Virus record (IMG/VR): IMGVR_UViG_3300037851_000130
Location: 1 to 44,159 of that record
Source of the DNA: a virus
Lineage: Duplodnaviria > Caudoviricetes
Strand: one strand, 5' to 3'
Length of the DNA: 44,159 bases
Part shown: one piece after another, positions 8,281-17,265 of the stretch
Layout of the letters: the number at the start of each line of letters is the position of its first letter
Numbering within the stretch: the first letter of the stretch is position 1
Program-made: the position numbers and the translations under genes
The notes under the pieces: generated by a model
Told to the model about the DNA's origin: nothing
Databases searched by the model: none
The model's input: only the letters and a program-made list of their open reading frames with translations

Positions 8281-8873
8281 TTGAACACCCCCACGAATAC
8301 ACCTGGACTTGAGTATAATGATTTAGTATGCATATCGTAATCTATTTTAAATCCATTTTTGTTAAATGTATTAACCCACCACTTTCTACTATGGCATTGT
8401 ATATGTGTTTTATCGTTTCTGCTTACTGGTAAAACATAGTCTTCTCCTTCTTTTTTAGAAATTGGAACTCTAAGCACTACTCTTTTTGGCTTGTTTTCAC
8501 CAAGTATCTTGAGTATATTGTTTATTTCGAATGTTGGCATATGTTCCAATACATCTAAAAACAGCACATAGTCCCATTTTTCTGTAAGCAGATTTACATT
8601 ATAGTATTCTAATTCTCGGTTTAATCCATAGCGTTTCTTTCCTTCCTCGATTGCCCAGATAGATATATCTGTCCCTTTGATGTTATCAAGTCCAATACGC
8701 TTGAACTCATACAATAATGCTCCAGTAGCACATCCATAATCTAATATAGTATCTGTTTCCTGTATGTTTAATCTGTTAATAAGGTCTTTACAGTGGTCTG
8801 CATATTTCTTTTTACGATAATCCTTGTAGTTGCTTATCTTCGAGTTTACGAAATAGTTTTTTTCAAATTGCAA
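8277..8873 (-). CDS. class I SAM-dependent methyltransferase
   Basis: ILDYGCATG, GTDIS, DVLEH. Confidence 0.88.
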   Translation of the reverse strand: MQFEKNYFVNSKISNYKDYRKKKYADHCKDLINRLNIQETDTILDYGCATGALLYEFKRIGLDNIKGTDISIWAIEEGKKRYGLNRELEYYNVNLLTEKWDYVLFLDVLEHMPTFEINNILKILGENKPKRVVLRVPISKKEGEDYVLPVSRNDKTHIQCHSRKWWVNTFNKNGFKIDYDMHTKSLYSSPGVFVGVFK

Positions 8874-8881
8874 TACATCAC

Positions 8882-9799
8882 CTATAAAAAGTATTCATGC
8901 TCACATTCTCTTATTGTATTTTCTATAATATCGTTATGAACTTTAAAGAAACACTTGTCGCATTTTTCAGTTGAATATGGTTTTACATCATTCCAGATTT
9001 TATCTATATCAGATATATGCCCCATCCTCCACTCTGGGTCAAACTTTTGTTTTATCAGTGGTATGGCTGAGCATCTGTAAATATATCCATCTGGTGCTAC
9101 AAATGGTTTAAGGTATCCTATCCAGCATCTTTCTGGTTTACTGTATTCTTTTGTCTGGAAAAAGAAATCCTTATACTCATCTACTATTGGTTTTATATCT
9201 TTTTTATACTGGTCTATCAGTTCATATGTAAGACAGTTTGGAACTACTCTTACGAATTTAGCATTATACTTGTCTTTATATTCTTTAATCTTGTCCAGTT
9301 TCTTTCTATCTGACCTTGCGTTCCATACATAACTAAACCCAAGAGTTCCTTTAATCTCTGGAACATCTATATCCTGAACATAATCAAGTGAATTAAGACT
9401 TATTCTAAGCCATGTAAGTTTATCTAAATTCTTTTTGGTTATATTCTTTTTAACAGTTACTCCGTTTGTAATCATGCCGATTTTATAACCCAGTGTATCT
9501 GAAAACTCTATCAGTTCGTTTATTCCTTTATACATTGTTGGGTCTCCACCGCCTGTGAATTCAACAGTTCTTGCTCCAAGATTTTTAAATTTAAGAAGTG
9601 CTTTTTTAGCATCATCTAAATATATCTCGTCTCCATCTCTTTCTTTTACTGAACAGAAATCACAATCTAAATTGCATTTATCTGTTGGTGCAAACTGTAT
9701 ACTTGCTGGTCGCCATACTCCTTTCTGGATTAAAATTAATTTATCTAAGTTGTGCATCATTTTCGTTTCCGTACTTGTGTATTTTTGCTCTAAACTCAT
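8882..9799 (-). CDS. radical SAM enzyme with SPASM/twitch domain
   Basis: CNLDCDFC, TGGGDP, ITNG, C-terminal CWIG..DGYIYRC..CDKC. Confidence 0.92.
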   Translation of the reverse strand: MSLEQKYTSTETKMMHNLDKLILIQKGVWRPASIQFAPTDKCNLDCDFCSVKERDGDEIYLDDAKKALLKFKNLGARTVEFTGGGDPTMYKGINELIEFSDTLGYKIGMITNGVTVKKNITKKNLDKLTWLRISLNSLDYVQDIDVPEIKGTLGFSYVWNARSDRKKLDKIKEYKDKYNAKFVRVVPNCLTYELIDQYKKDIKPIVDEYKDFFFQTKEYSKPERCWIGYLKPFVAPDGYIYRCSAIPLIKQKFDPEWRMGHISDIDKIWNDVKPYSTEKCDKCFFKVHNDIIENTIRECEHEYFL

Positions 9800-9803
9800 T
9801 TTA

Positions 9804-10514
9804 TCACCTGAATAGTTCTTTTATTTCTTTTGGATGGTTATTGTAATTGTATATCTGAACCGGATATGTCCCAAGAGTATGAGCATTCAGCCACCATTCA
9901 AGATGGCCTTCTGAGTGAAGCTCTTTGTGTTTTTTGTTTTCCCTATATCGCTTTATATTTCCAAGAATATTTTTGCAATAACCATAGTGGAATATAATTG
10001 GATTGTTAATATCTCCCAAAATTCCAAACTTACCATCTGGTGGCATTGGTGTTCCATGCATTGTGTGTTCTGGTGTATATTTAATATTTTTTCTATGAAG
10101 CCTGAAACTGTGTATATGTGGTGTAAATGTTGCATCTCTAAAAGCTAAGTGATATATAAAATGCTCACTGATTAAACTATAACAATTATGAAATGGGTTT
10201 TTAAGTTCTTCTAAGATTATCTTATAATTATCTGTTATAACTTCATCAGCATCTAATTCGAGTATCCAGTCGCTTGTACATTTATCTATTCCAAAGTTTT
10301 TAGCATCTGTATAGCTTTTCTCATCTACCCAATCGAAGTAATATGGTCTTACTTTTGGATATTTTGCAAGCAGTTCTTCGGTTTTATCAGTGGTTCGCTT
10401 ATCTATAATAACAACTATCTCATCACAGAACAAGCTTAATTTATTTAGTGATGCCTCAAAAAAGTAATTGTTCTCGTTCCTAACCAGTATATTAGCCGAC
10501 AAATTCGATATCAT
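9804..10514 (-). CDS. glycosyltransferase family 2
   Basis: VRNE, DEIVVI, WILELDADE, FHYGY. Confidence 0.88.
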   Translation of the reverse strand: MISNLSANILVRNENNYFFEASLNKLSLFCDEIVVIIDKRTTDKTEELLAKYPKVRPYYFDWVDEKSYTDAKNFGIDKCTSDWILELDADEVITDNYKIILEELKNPFHNCYSLISEHFIYHLAFRDATFTPHIHSFRLHRKNIKYTPEHTMHGTPMPPDGKFGILGDINNPIIFHYGYCKNILGNIKRYRENKKHKELHSEGHLEWWLNAHTLGTYPVQIYNYNNHPKEIKELFR

Positions 10515-11229
10515 ATGCCTCACGGATTATTTTAGGTATTATTTTCATGTTTATTTTTCTTGTTGGATAATCTCCAAGATAGTGCCAGTCTCTCCAGTAT
10601 CTCATATAACCGCCTGGGTGTGCTGTTGAGCCAGTTAGATTTCGTTTATATCTTTCGTAAATCTTATTTATTCCTCTGAGATAACCAAGATGGAATATTA
10701 TACCACCTAACATAGCATGTGGTGTTTTAACTTCAGGCAGTGTGTGGTTTTTCCTATGGTCATATCTAAAATCATTTCTTCGTTTGTGAAGTCTGCACAA
10801 ACCAATATGTATTGGAACTGAGTTGTCTATTGTTGAAAAGTTATTTATAAAATGAATATACTCCAAGCTCATTACATCTGACATTGGTCTTTCAATAGCT
10901 TCGTGTATATATTCATATGTTAGATTATCTGCAAGACATTCATCTGCATCAAGCCATAGTATCCAGTCTCCAGTTGCATTGTCTACTGCTAATTGTTTAG
11001 CTTTTCCAAAATGATATTCTGGATTATTAAGTGAATCGTGGTTATCTTTAGATTGCAGTAATTTTATAATAGGATATTTTTCTTTAAACGAGTTTAATTC
11101 TTCCCAAGTTCCATCATTTGAATATCCATCTACTATTACTATTTCATCAGCTACTGTAAGTGCTGAACGTAATCCTATGTTTAACATATCTTTTTCATTA
11201 TATGTTATCATGCATACAGTTAATTTCAT
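10492..11229 (-). CDS. glycosyltransferase family 2
   Basis: TYNE, VDGYSNDGT, WILWLDADE, FHLGY. Confidence 0.9.
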   Translation of the reverse strand: MKLTVCMITYNEKDMLNIGLRSALTVADEIVIVDGYSNDGTWEELNSFKEKYPIIKLLQSKDNHDSLNNPEYHFGKAKQLAVDNATGDWILWLDADECLADNLTYEYIHEAIERPMSDVMSLEYIHFINNFSTIDNSVPIHIGLCRLHKRRNDFRYDHRKNHTLPEVKTPHAMLGGIIFHLGYLRGINKIYERYKRNLTGSTAHPGGYMRYWRDWHYLGDYPTRKINMKIIPKIIREAYDIEFVG

Positions 11230-11997
11230 TTAAACATCCCATAATCCTTCTATTAGTTTTACTTGTGGCTTCCAGCCAAGTTTTCTGAGTTTATCAGCAT
11301 CAAGTATTTTATAATCTTCGTCTGCTTTTCTTGATTTTGTATATTTAATTTTCTTGCCTATTATTTTTGCTAATTCTTTTATGCTTACTACTTCGTCTGT
11401 TACTATCTGATAGGTTTCTCCAACCTTGCCTTTTCTCATGGCGATTAATATTCCACGAGCTATGTCTTCTGCGTGAGTGAATTGTCTTATTTGTTCTCCC
11501 CTGCCATGTATAACAAGCGGTTCCCCCCTACTTGCCTTATTTAGAAATTGTGGTATTACACCATACTTGCTCATGCCCATTCCATAAGCTGTTCCAAGTC
11601 GGCATATTGTAATCGGTAGTTTTTTAAACATTGCATAATGCCTTGCCAAACTTTCTCCACAGCGTTTGGTTGAATCATAAGGATTAAGATTATTTCCTTC
11701 TACTGCCCAAGTTGATACATGGACTATTTTTTTAAGTTTCCTTCCACCTATACTTTCATAAAGCATTGTAGTTGCTACTACATTATCTATTACTGCATCG
11801 TATGGTCTTTCAAAGCACGATTTAAGCCCAACCAGTGCTGCAAGATGTATAATATAGTCTGCTTCTGGTATATCATCATATAAAAGATTCTGTCCAAGTA
11901 CCTTATCAAATCGTATTACTTTGTATCCATTTCTTTCAAGTTCCTTGCATACATGCTTACCTATAAATCCTTCTGAGCCAATTACAAGAACTCTCAT
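11230..11997 (-). CDS. NAD-dependent nucleotide-sugar epimerase/dehydratase
   Basis: GSEGFIG, IHLAA, YDSTK (YxxxK), GEQIRQF. Confidence 0.92.
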   Translation of the reverse strand: MRVLVIGSEGFIGKHVCKELERNGYKVIRFDKVLGQNLLYDDIPEADYIIHLAALVGLKSCFERPYDAVIDNVVATTMLYESIGGRKLKKIVHVSTWAVEGNNLNPYDSTKRCGESLARHYAMFKKLPITICRLGTAYGMGMSKYGVIPQFLNKASRGEPLVIHGRGEQIRQFTHAEDIARGILIAMRKGKVGETYQIVTDEVVSIKELAKIIGKKIKYTKSRKADEDYKILDADKLRKLGWKPQVKLIEGLWDV

Positions 11998-12587
11998 GGT
12001 ATCCCCCATTTGACCTTAAATCTATCCTGACTTATTTTAAACATACCATTATCTTTTACATATTTTGATATTGTTCTGCTGAGCATATGGTCTACTTTAA
12101 GTGCCTGCCAACCTATTGTATATCCTGCAAGATGTGCTCTAAGACACCAGTCATTCTCATTAAAAAATATATAGAATCCTTCATCAAGTCCGCCTATTCT
12201 GTTTAGTATATCTCTTTTAATGTATATTGGATTCCACCCAGCAATAACATAGTTAATTTCTCCGTATTTTGTTTTAAGATGGTCTATGTTATGCAGTGAA
12301 GTAGATGCTGTAACAGCACAAATCTTTTCATTTGTATAAGCCATATTCTTTAAAGCACTAATCCAGCCATCTTCATTTATGATTAAATCATCTGACATTA
12401 CTATTACATCGTTCAATCCAGCCTTTAATATACCCCTATTTACTGGTTCTGGAAAGCCCTTATAGACATTTTCCTCTACTATAATCTCATAATCTTCGCC
12501 TACTGAGTGCTTTTTAATATGCTCTAAGCATTCATTTAGCATTTTTTTGTTTTCCTTTACTGTTGGAATTATTATGCTCACTGTCAT
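11994..12587 (-). CDS. glycosyltransferase family 2
   Basis: VSIIIPT, VNRGI, MSDD, IGGLDEGF, DWCLRA. Confidence 0.85.
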   Translation of the reverse strand: MTVSIIIPTVKENKKMLNECLEHIKKHSVGEDYEIIVEENVYKGFPEPVNRGILKAGLNDVIVMSDDLIINEDGWISALKNMAYTNEKICAVTASTSLHNIDHLKTKYGEINYVIAGWNPIYIKRDILNRIGGLDEGFYIFFNENDWCLRAHLAGYTIGWQALKVDHMLSRTISKYVKDNGMFKISQDRFKVKWGIP

Positions 12588-12825
12588 TCTGTTCTTTCTC
12601 CATATCTGTTTTGATTTCATTACACTTTTTTGCCCACATTGTATATAGTTCTGCCTCTTGTTTTTTTAACATGAATAAAAAGAATCCCTTTCTTGCTTCG
12701 CTTCCAGCAAATTTCTTATCCATTATTCTGTTTGTTTCTCTTTGTGTTTTGTATATGCCTGTATAGAATTGTTCATTTGCTTCTTTAAGTTGTTTCTTAT
12801 ATTTTTCCTCTATTTTTCCATCCAC
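12532..12825 (-). CDS. hypothetical helical protein
   Basis: ORF track; GGAG RBS. Confidence 0.6.
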   Translation of the reverse strand: MDGKIEEKYKKQLKEANEQFYTGIYKTQRETNRIMDKKFAGSEARKGFFLFMLKKQEAELYTMWAKKCNEIKTDMEKEQNDSEHNNSNSKGKQKNAK

Positions 12826-12989
12826 ATCATCAACTCCTTTTTATAATCTATTAGTTCATCAAGATGTTTTAGACACTTATCCTTAGGTGTTCCTGTTGTT
12901 CGAAGACTCTTAGCATATTCGGTAAATATTAATACCTTAACTGCTGACAGTTCTTCTGATATAGTTTTTCCATATTTCAGCGACGCCAT
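12810..12989 (-). CDS. hypothetical protein (start uncertain)
   Basis: ORF track; fills the gap between neighbours. Confidence 0.45.
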   Translation of the reverse strand: MASLKYGKTISEELSAVKVLIFTEYAKSLRTTGTPKDKCLKHLDELIDYKKELMMWMEK

Positions 12990-14127
12990 TTGGACCATCC
13001 CAATCATAATATTTCTTAACTGCTATCCTTCCATTCATTCCAAATTTCTTTCTAAGATTCTCGTCCTTGTAAAGAATAGTCATTTTTTCTGCCATGTCTT
13101 TTTCATCTACAAATCCACGCATTACATCCCAAGTTCCCATTACTTCGTGTGCTACTCTTGCTGTAAGTCCTGCATTATGGTCTGTAACTAATTCTTGTGT
13201 AGTTGTATAATTAGTAATTACATTTGGTATTTCACAAGCCATAGATTCTATTGTACATATACCGAATCCTTCCCCTGTCGTTGTTGATATTCTGATATCC
13301 ATTACATTGTAAATATCATTCATATCTTTAAGAGTGAATCCTGAAAAGAAATTCATTCCAGAGAACTTAACCCTATCTCCAATACCGAGTGTTCTTGCTA
13401 AGTCTGCAAGATTGGTATGTGCTGCTACATCATTTACATCTGTATGTAAGAATAGATAAGCATTAGATGTTGGATTTAATTCCATAAATCTTTTAAATGC
13501 TATTATAGTTGCAGGCATATTCTTTCTTCCTTGATTTCTTGCTACATCTCCAAACACTATTGCATTTGGTGGTATGCCGAATCTAACTTTAAGATTTGCT
13601 CTTTGCTCATCACTTAATTTAAAGAAGCTATCAGTATTGGTTGCGTGTGGTATGTAATGTGTTTTAATATTAAATGTTTCTTCAATCTGTTTCTGAGCAT
13701 ACTTGGACATAGCCACTGGGTGCGAGAACTTTCTTAAAACATTTTCACATCCTTTTGGAAACCCACCACCATCACTTGGATAGTACATAACACTTTTAAA
13801 AGTAAAAGGCATATTGAATATCCAAGGATAAAGCATAAACGTATCAAGCAATACCCAGAACATATCTGGTTTATGATTATAGAAATATTGTGGCAGTGCA
13901 TCTTGTGCGTATGGTCTTGTTGTACCTGTTAATATCTTATAATTAATTTCTTCTCCGTCTTCACATACTGCTTTTATTAAATTCTTTCCAATATAATTAT
14001 GTCCCACATGAGTAATCTCAAAATCTTTATCTTTACTTAATCTTTTAGCTAATTCTCTGGTCTGATTTGCAAATCCTGTTGGGCATAATACTGAATCACT
14101 CAGCATCATTAGTTTTATCTTGTCCAT
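12937..14127 (-). CDS. glycosyltransferase family 4 (GT-B)
   Basis: PTGFAN, RNQGRKN, GEGFGICTIESMACEIP. Confidence 0.92.
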   Translation of the reverse strand: MDKIKLMMLSDSVLCPTGFANQTRELAKRLSKDKDFEITHVGHNYIGKNLIKAVCEDGEEINYKILTGTTRPYAQDALPQYFYNHKPDMFWVLLDTFMLYPWIFNMPFTFKSVMYYPSDGGGFPKGCENVLRKFSHPVAMSKYAQKQIEETFNIKTHYIPHATNTDSFFKLSDEQRANLKVRFGIPPNAIVFGDVARNQGRKNMPATIIAFKRFMELNPTSNAYLFLHTDVNDVAAHTNLADLARTLGIGDRVKFSGMNFFSGFTLKDMNDIYNVMDIRISTTTGEGFGICTIESMACEIPNVITNYTTTQELVTDHNAGLTARVAHEVMGTWDVMRGFVDEKDMAEKMTILYKDENLRKKFGMNGRIAVKKYYDWDGPNGVAEIWKNYIRRTVSS

Positions 14128-14278
14128 TTTTACTCACCGTGAAAATTATTTTACTATCATCATAGCTTACATCAAAATTAATGCTCTTCATATCAAACTG
14201 ATTTGTAAATTTCTTTGGTAAACCGGTTGCAAAATAAACAGAAGTACCAGAACTTGAATATCTCCAAGGCTTTACCAT
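14096..14278 (-). CDS. AbrB/MazE-like small DNA-binding protein
   Basis: SGTSVYFATGLPKKF...FDVSYDDSKIIF swapped-hairpin-like pattern; leaderless after TATA. Confidence 0.5.
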   Translation of the reverse strand: MVKPWRYSSSGTSVYFATGLPKKFTNQFDMKSINFDVSYDDSKIIFTVSKNGQDKTNDAE

Positions 14279-14298
14279 AATTATTACTATTAAAACCG

Positions 14299-14339
14299 CC
14301 TTATAAAGATTTCTATATTTGAATATCTATTAGTAATTT
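14299..14339 (-). promoter_or_regulatory. class A promoter (upstream element + BRE + TATA), duplicated at 41987..42027
   Basis: 21-bp ccttataaagatttctatatt and 12-bp tattagtaattt identical with identical spacing; ATG 21 nt downstream in both. Confidence 0.8.
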
Positions 14340-14475
14340 ATTTCTTTCTGCTCCACTTCACGTGAAGATATGTAATTAATATTTCTGTTGCACAAATTGC
14401 TAATATTCCAATCAAACCAAGTACAAATATCTCTGCACTAAAAGTTTCCAGCCACTCAATAAACAAAGGGTCCAT
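14338..14475 (-). CDS. 45-aa membrane protein
   Basis: Hand translation MDPLFIEWLETFSAEIFVLGLIGILAICATEILITYLHVKWSRKK; TAATG overlap. Confidence 0.65.
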   Translation of the reverse strand: MDPLFIEWLETFSAEIFVLGLIGILAICATEILITYLHVKWSRKK

Positions 14476-14759
14476 TATAAATCCATCTCACAAACTGTTC
14501 TATCCTTTGTATAACATTTTATTGTATCATATCTTATACAAGTTATACTTCCAGCATAATAAGGATTACTTGTCATTCTATTTAAATAGAACGTACATAT
14601 CTTGTCATTAGAATTAGCTCTTGGTTCATTGAACCAGCTTAGTGCCGAATCAGTCGAAGCTGATAAGCTGTCTCCCCAAGCTTCGTTAATGTAAAACGAG
14701 TAATAGTATAGTGATGTTATAACTAAAAGTAAAATGAGTATCTTATATCTTGCTTTCAT
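14475..14759 (-). CDS. secreted/membrane-anchored protein with 4 Cys
   Basis: MKARYKILILLLVITSL signal-like N-terminus. Confidence 0.65.
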   Translation of the reverse strand: MKARYKILILLLVITSLYYYSFYINEAWGDSLSASTDSALSWFNEPRANSNDKICTFYLNRMTSNPYYAGSITCIRYDTIKCYTKDRTVCEMDL

Positions 14760-14869
14760 ATATTCAACTCTAACCCAATTGTGTGCGGGAATGACTTCAT
14801 CCTTGCGTCAGTCATAATGTACATCATGAGTCGGGGACTATATAAAAATCTATCCCGCAATCTGTACAT

Positions 14870-15004
14870 TTATTTCTTCATGAAATAATCTCTACCTGCG
14901 TAAACTACTGCAAGAACAACTGCTCCAACTAATAGAAGCATTCCAAGTTCTTGGAAGTTCATACCCAAAGCGTCGATTATTGGTACGAAATCTACTATTG
15001 CCAT
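14870..15004 (-). CDS. 44-aa membrane protein
   Basis: Hand translation MAIVDFVPIIDALGMNFQELGMLLLVGAVVLAVVYAGRDYFMKK; GAGGT RBS. Confidence 0.7.
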   Translation of the reverse strand: MAIVDFVPIIDALGMNFQELGMLLLVGAVVLAVVYAGRDYFMKK

Positions 15005-15067
15005 ATTTAATTACCTCTTTGTTTTTTGTTCTTAAAGCTCGTTGTAAAGTTTCCAGAGCTATAAGTA

Positions 15068-15250
15068 TTATTCATCTGCGTAATGTTTAAGGAAGTTTAT
15101 TAACATGGTTAGTACTGCTATAATTATCGGTACCCATATTAAAACTTCTGGTGCTGTCTGTGCCTGAAAGAAAGGCACTAATGCTGCTAATCCAGCCAAA
15201 ACAAATGTCGCTAATCCTTTTTTTATTGTAATTGTCCAATCATACGCCAT
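15068..15250 (-). CDS. holin-like two-TM protein
   Basis: 60 aa, two hydrophobic helices, after tail genes, GGAGG RBS. Confidence 0.55.
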   Translation of the reverse strand: MAYDWTITIKKGLATFVLAGLAALVPFFQAQTAPEVLIWVPIIIAVLTMLINFLKHYADE

Positions 15251-15271
15251 AATATCTATCCTCCGTTAGTA

Positions 15272-15308
15272 TATTTAAAACTTATTCTATTTTGTTTAAA
15301 GTACTTTA
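15272..15308 (-). promoter_or_regulatory. promoter with TAAAGTACTTTA palindrome upstream of TATA-like TTTTAAATA
   Basis: Perfect palindrome 15297-15308 at nearly the same spacing to the TATA as in class B promoters. Confidence 0.55.
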
Positions 15309-15878
15309 TGACATAAACCATAGTTCTACTGTGTTATATGGTTCTTTTGTCTTTCCAAGCTCTCCTATTATTACATTATTTTGTGGTTCGTATATCCAGC
15401 ACTTTTTATTTGAATCTATGAACAAATTGTATGCATGTGTTCTGCTCCAAGCTATTCCAAATGCTAATTGCTTTGAATATTCACTCTTAATAGTGCTTCT
15501 TGCTAACATTCCAGCAAATATTAAAGCAAAGTCATCACAATCGCTTATCTCTGCCTTATATTTTATATCCATTACTGATTTTATCTTGTTTAATACATCC
15601 TTCCAGTCGGATAAACTTATGCATTTGTAAGTACTATCTGCTACTGAGTTATCATACTTTGATATAAGTGGTCTTGGGTCTATATCTATATTTGTTAAGT
15701 TTGGGAAAGTTGGTACTGCAAGACTTTCGCTTAATAAGGTTGTTAATGTGTTTATTCTATCGTCATAATACTTTGTATCTATGTTGAACTTCTCTGTTAG
15801 CTTGGCTAACTGCTCCTTTAGTGTGCATCCGAGGTATTTACAAAATATATACATAGTATCACCATCTATTGAATCCAA
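15306..15878 (-). CDS. papain-like cysteine protease (MOA lectin C-terminal/Agglutinin_C-like); candidate lysin
   Basis: DCDDFA...HAYN...YEPQ Cys-His-Glu motifs. Confidence 0.7.
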   Translation of the reverse strand: MDSIDGDTMYIFCKYLGCTLKEQLAKLTEKFNIDTKYYDDRINTLTTLLSESLAVPTFPNLTNIDIDPRPLISKYDNSVADSTYKCISLSDWKDVLNKIKSVMDIKYKAEISDCDDFALIFAGMLARSTIKSEYSKQLAFGIAWSRTHAYNLFIDSNKKCWIYEPQNNVIIGELGKTKEPYNTVELWFMS

Positions 15879-16732
15879 CTACCAGCGACATTCACCCATA
15901 CAGTTCCATTACTTCCAGCTGTTCCATTATGTCCATCTTGTCCACCTGAAGCACCAGTTCCACCAAGACCATACGCACCACCGCTAGAATATATATTTCC
16001 AACATCAGCAAATGTATCTGAATGAATTATTACATATCCACCAGCACCTCCACCTCCACCTCCACCTCCACCGGCTGGTGAACCATTCGTGGAAGAGGCA
16101 TTTCCTCCATTAGCTCCAGACTTACCAACAGTATAAATATTACCAGAATTTACTAAATGTCTTGCATATATATATAATGTTGGTGCTCCACCACCTCCAG
16201 CTCCACCTGCACCAGCTATACCCCACGGATATGCTGCTCCACCGCCACCGCCACCGCCACATGCATTATATCTATAAGTGTTTTGGCAAAGGGGATTTCT
16301 ATATTCTAATGAACCAGTTAAAAAAAATCCTCCTGGTGCACCAGAACCAACTGGAACTCTTGTTAACGCACTTCCACCTGTTCCACCATATCCTGCACCA
16401 GCCTCACTAGATATAGAATCAGTACCGCTTGTACCGGAAAACCCACTTCCAGCAAGTCCACCTGCACCACCAGCGACAGTACCACTCCCATAAGCTAATA
16501 CATTACCATTATTTATAAATGAACCATTTACAAATAATATTGGTGGGAGTCTTGTTAGTGTTAATGTTATACCACTAGCCACATATAAATTTTCATAATA
16601 CAGTATACCAGAAATTGTGGTATTTGATGTTATAGAACCAGTATTATCTAAACCACCAATATATTTATTATATGTTATTTTGTTTAAATCTGCACCATAT
16701 AAAATATCACCATCTGAAAACGGATAAGCCAT
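15866..16732 (-). CDS. glycine-rich tail fibre/receptor-binding protein
   Basis: FSDGDILYGADLN anchor-like N-terminus; poly-Gly runs; follows baseplate genes. Confidence 0.7.
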   Translation of the reverse strand: MAYPFSDGDILYGADLNKITYNKYIGGLDNTGSITSNTTISGILYYENLYVASGITLTLTRLPPILFVNGSFINNGNVLAYGSGTVAGGAGGLAGSGFSGTSGTDSISSEAGAGYGGTGGSALTRVPVGSGAPGGFFLTGSLEYRNPLCQNTYRYNACGGGGGGGAAYPWGIAGAGGAGGGGAPTLYIYARHLVNSGNIYTVGKSGANGGNASSTNGSPAGGGGGGGGGAGGYVIIHSDTFADVGNIYSSGGAYGLGGTGASGGQDGHNGTAGSNGTVWVNVAGSWIQ

Positions 16733-16734
16733 AC

Positions 16735-16869
16735 CTAATTACCTCCTATTTTAAAACTATTAAGTTTTTTATTTATATTTACTTTTGTATTTATTTCATT
16801 TACCATATCTATTACCTCATTAATTTTTTTCTCCATATCGTTTATTGATGCATTACAAGTTCTATCCAT
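16735..16869 (-). CDS. 44-aa coiled-coil peptide
   Basis: Hand translation MDRTCNASINDMEKKINEVIDMVNEINTK...; fills gap exactly. Confidence 0.45.
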   Translation of the reverse strand: MDRTCNASINDMEKKINEVIDMVNEINTKVNINKKLNSFKIGGN

Positions 16870-17256
16870 TTATACCACCGAGTTTGTACAGATTATTGCT
16901 ATTTCATCTGAACCCGACTTTGAAATTGGTGTTATTACATCATGGCTAAATATATTTGGTGTTGAGCCACTATAAAATTCAGCAAATTCTGTTATCCCTA
17001 CACCATTTAATTCGCTTACGGAATTAATAAAGTATCTGGTTGTTACTCTTTTATTTGTTGTATCAAAAGTTGGATACCCACTTATTACACCATAATAGCT
17101 TCCAGTTGCATGTTCTAATCCAGTATCTGTTACTGCTGGTGTGTCTGTTCCTGTACCACATCTTAATATGGATACTGTCCCACTTGCCTGTGCTGAATAT
17201 ACATTAACTAATGCTATTAATTTTCCTGTATTCGTTATAACTCCTCCTATTGCCAT
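16870..17256 (-). CDS. baseplate/tail-fibre attachment protein
   Basis: ITNTG, GTGTDTPAVTDTGL, ITEF, ISKS pattern of tail-collar N-terminal domains. Confidence 0.7.
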   Translation of the reverse strand: MAIGGVITNTGKLIALVNVYSAQASGTVSILRCGTGTDTPAVTDTGLEHATGSYYGVISGYPTFDTTNKRVTTRYFINSVSELNGVGITEFAEFYSGSTPNIFSHDVITPISKSGSDEIAIICTNSVV

Positions 17257-17265
17257 TTTATCACC

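Noticed and set aside
14784-14859. Canonical tRNA gene
   Set aside because: No TTC-containing T loop, no proper anticodon arm, no conserved D-loop GG; kept only as a structured element
15950-16500. GC-rich ccacc repeats as a DNA repeat element
   Set aside because: Explained by poly-Gly codons of the tail fibre
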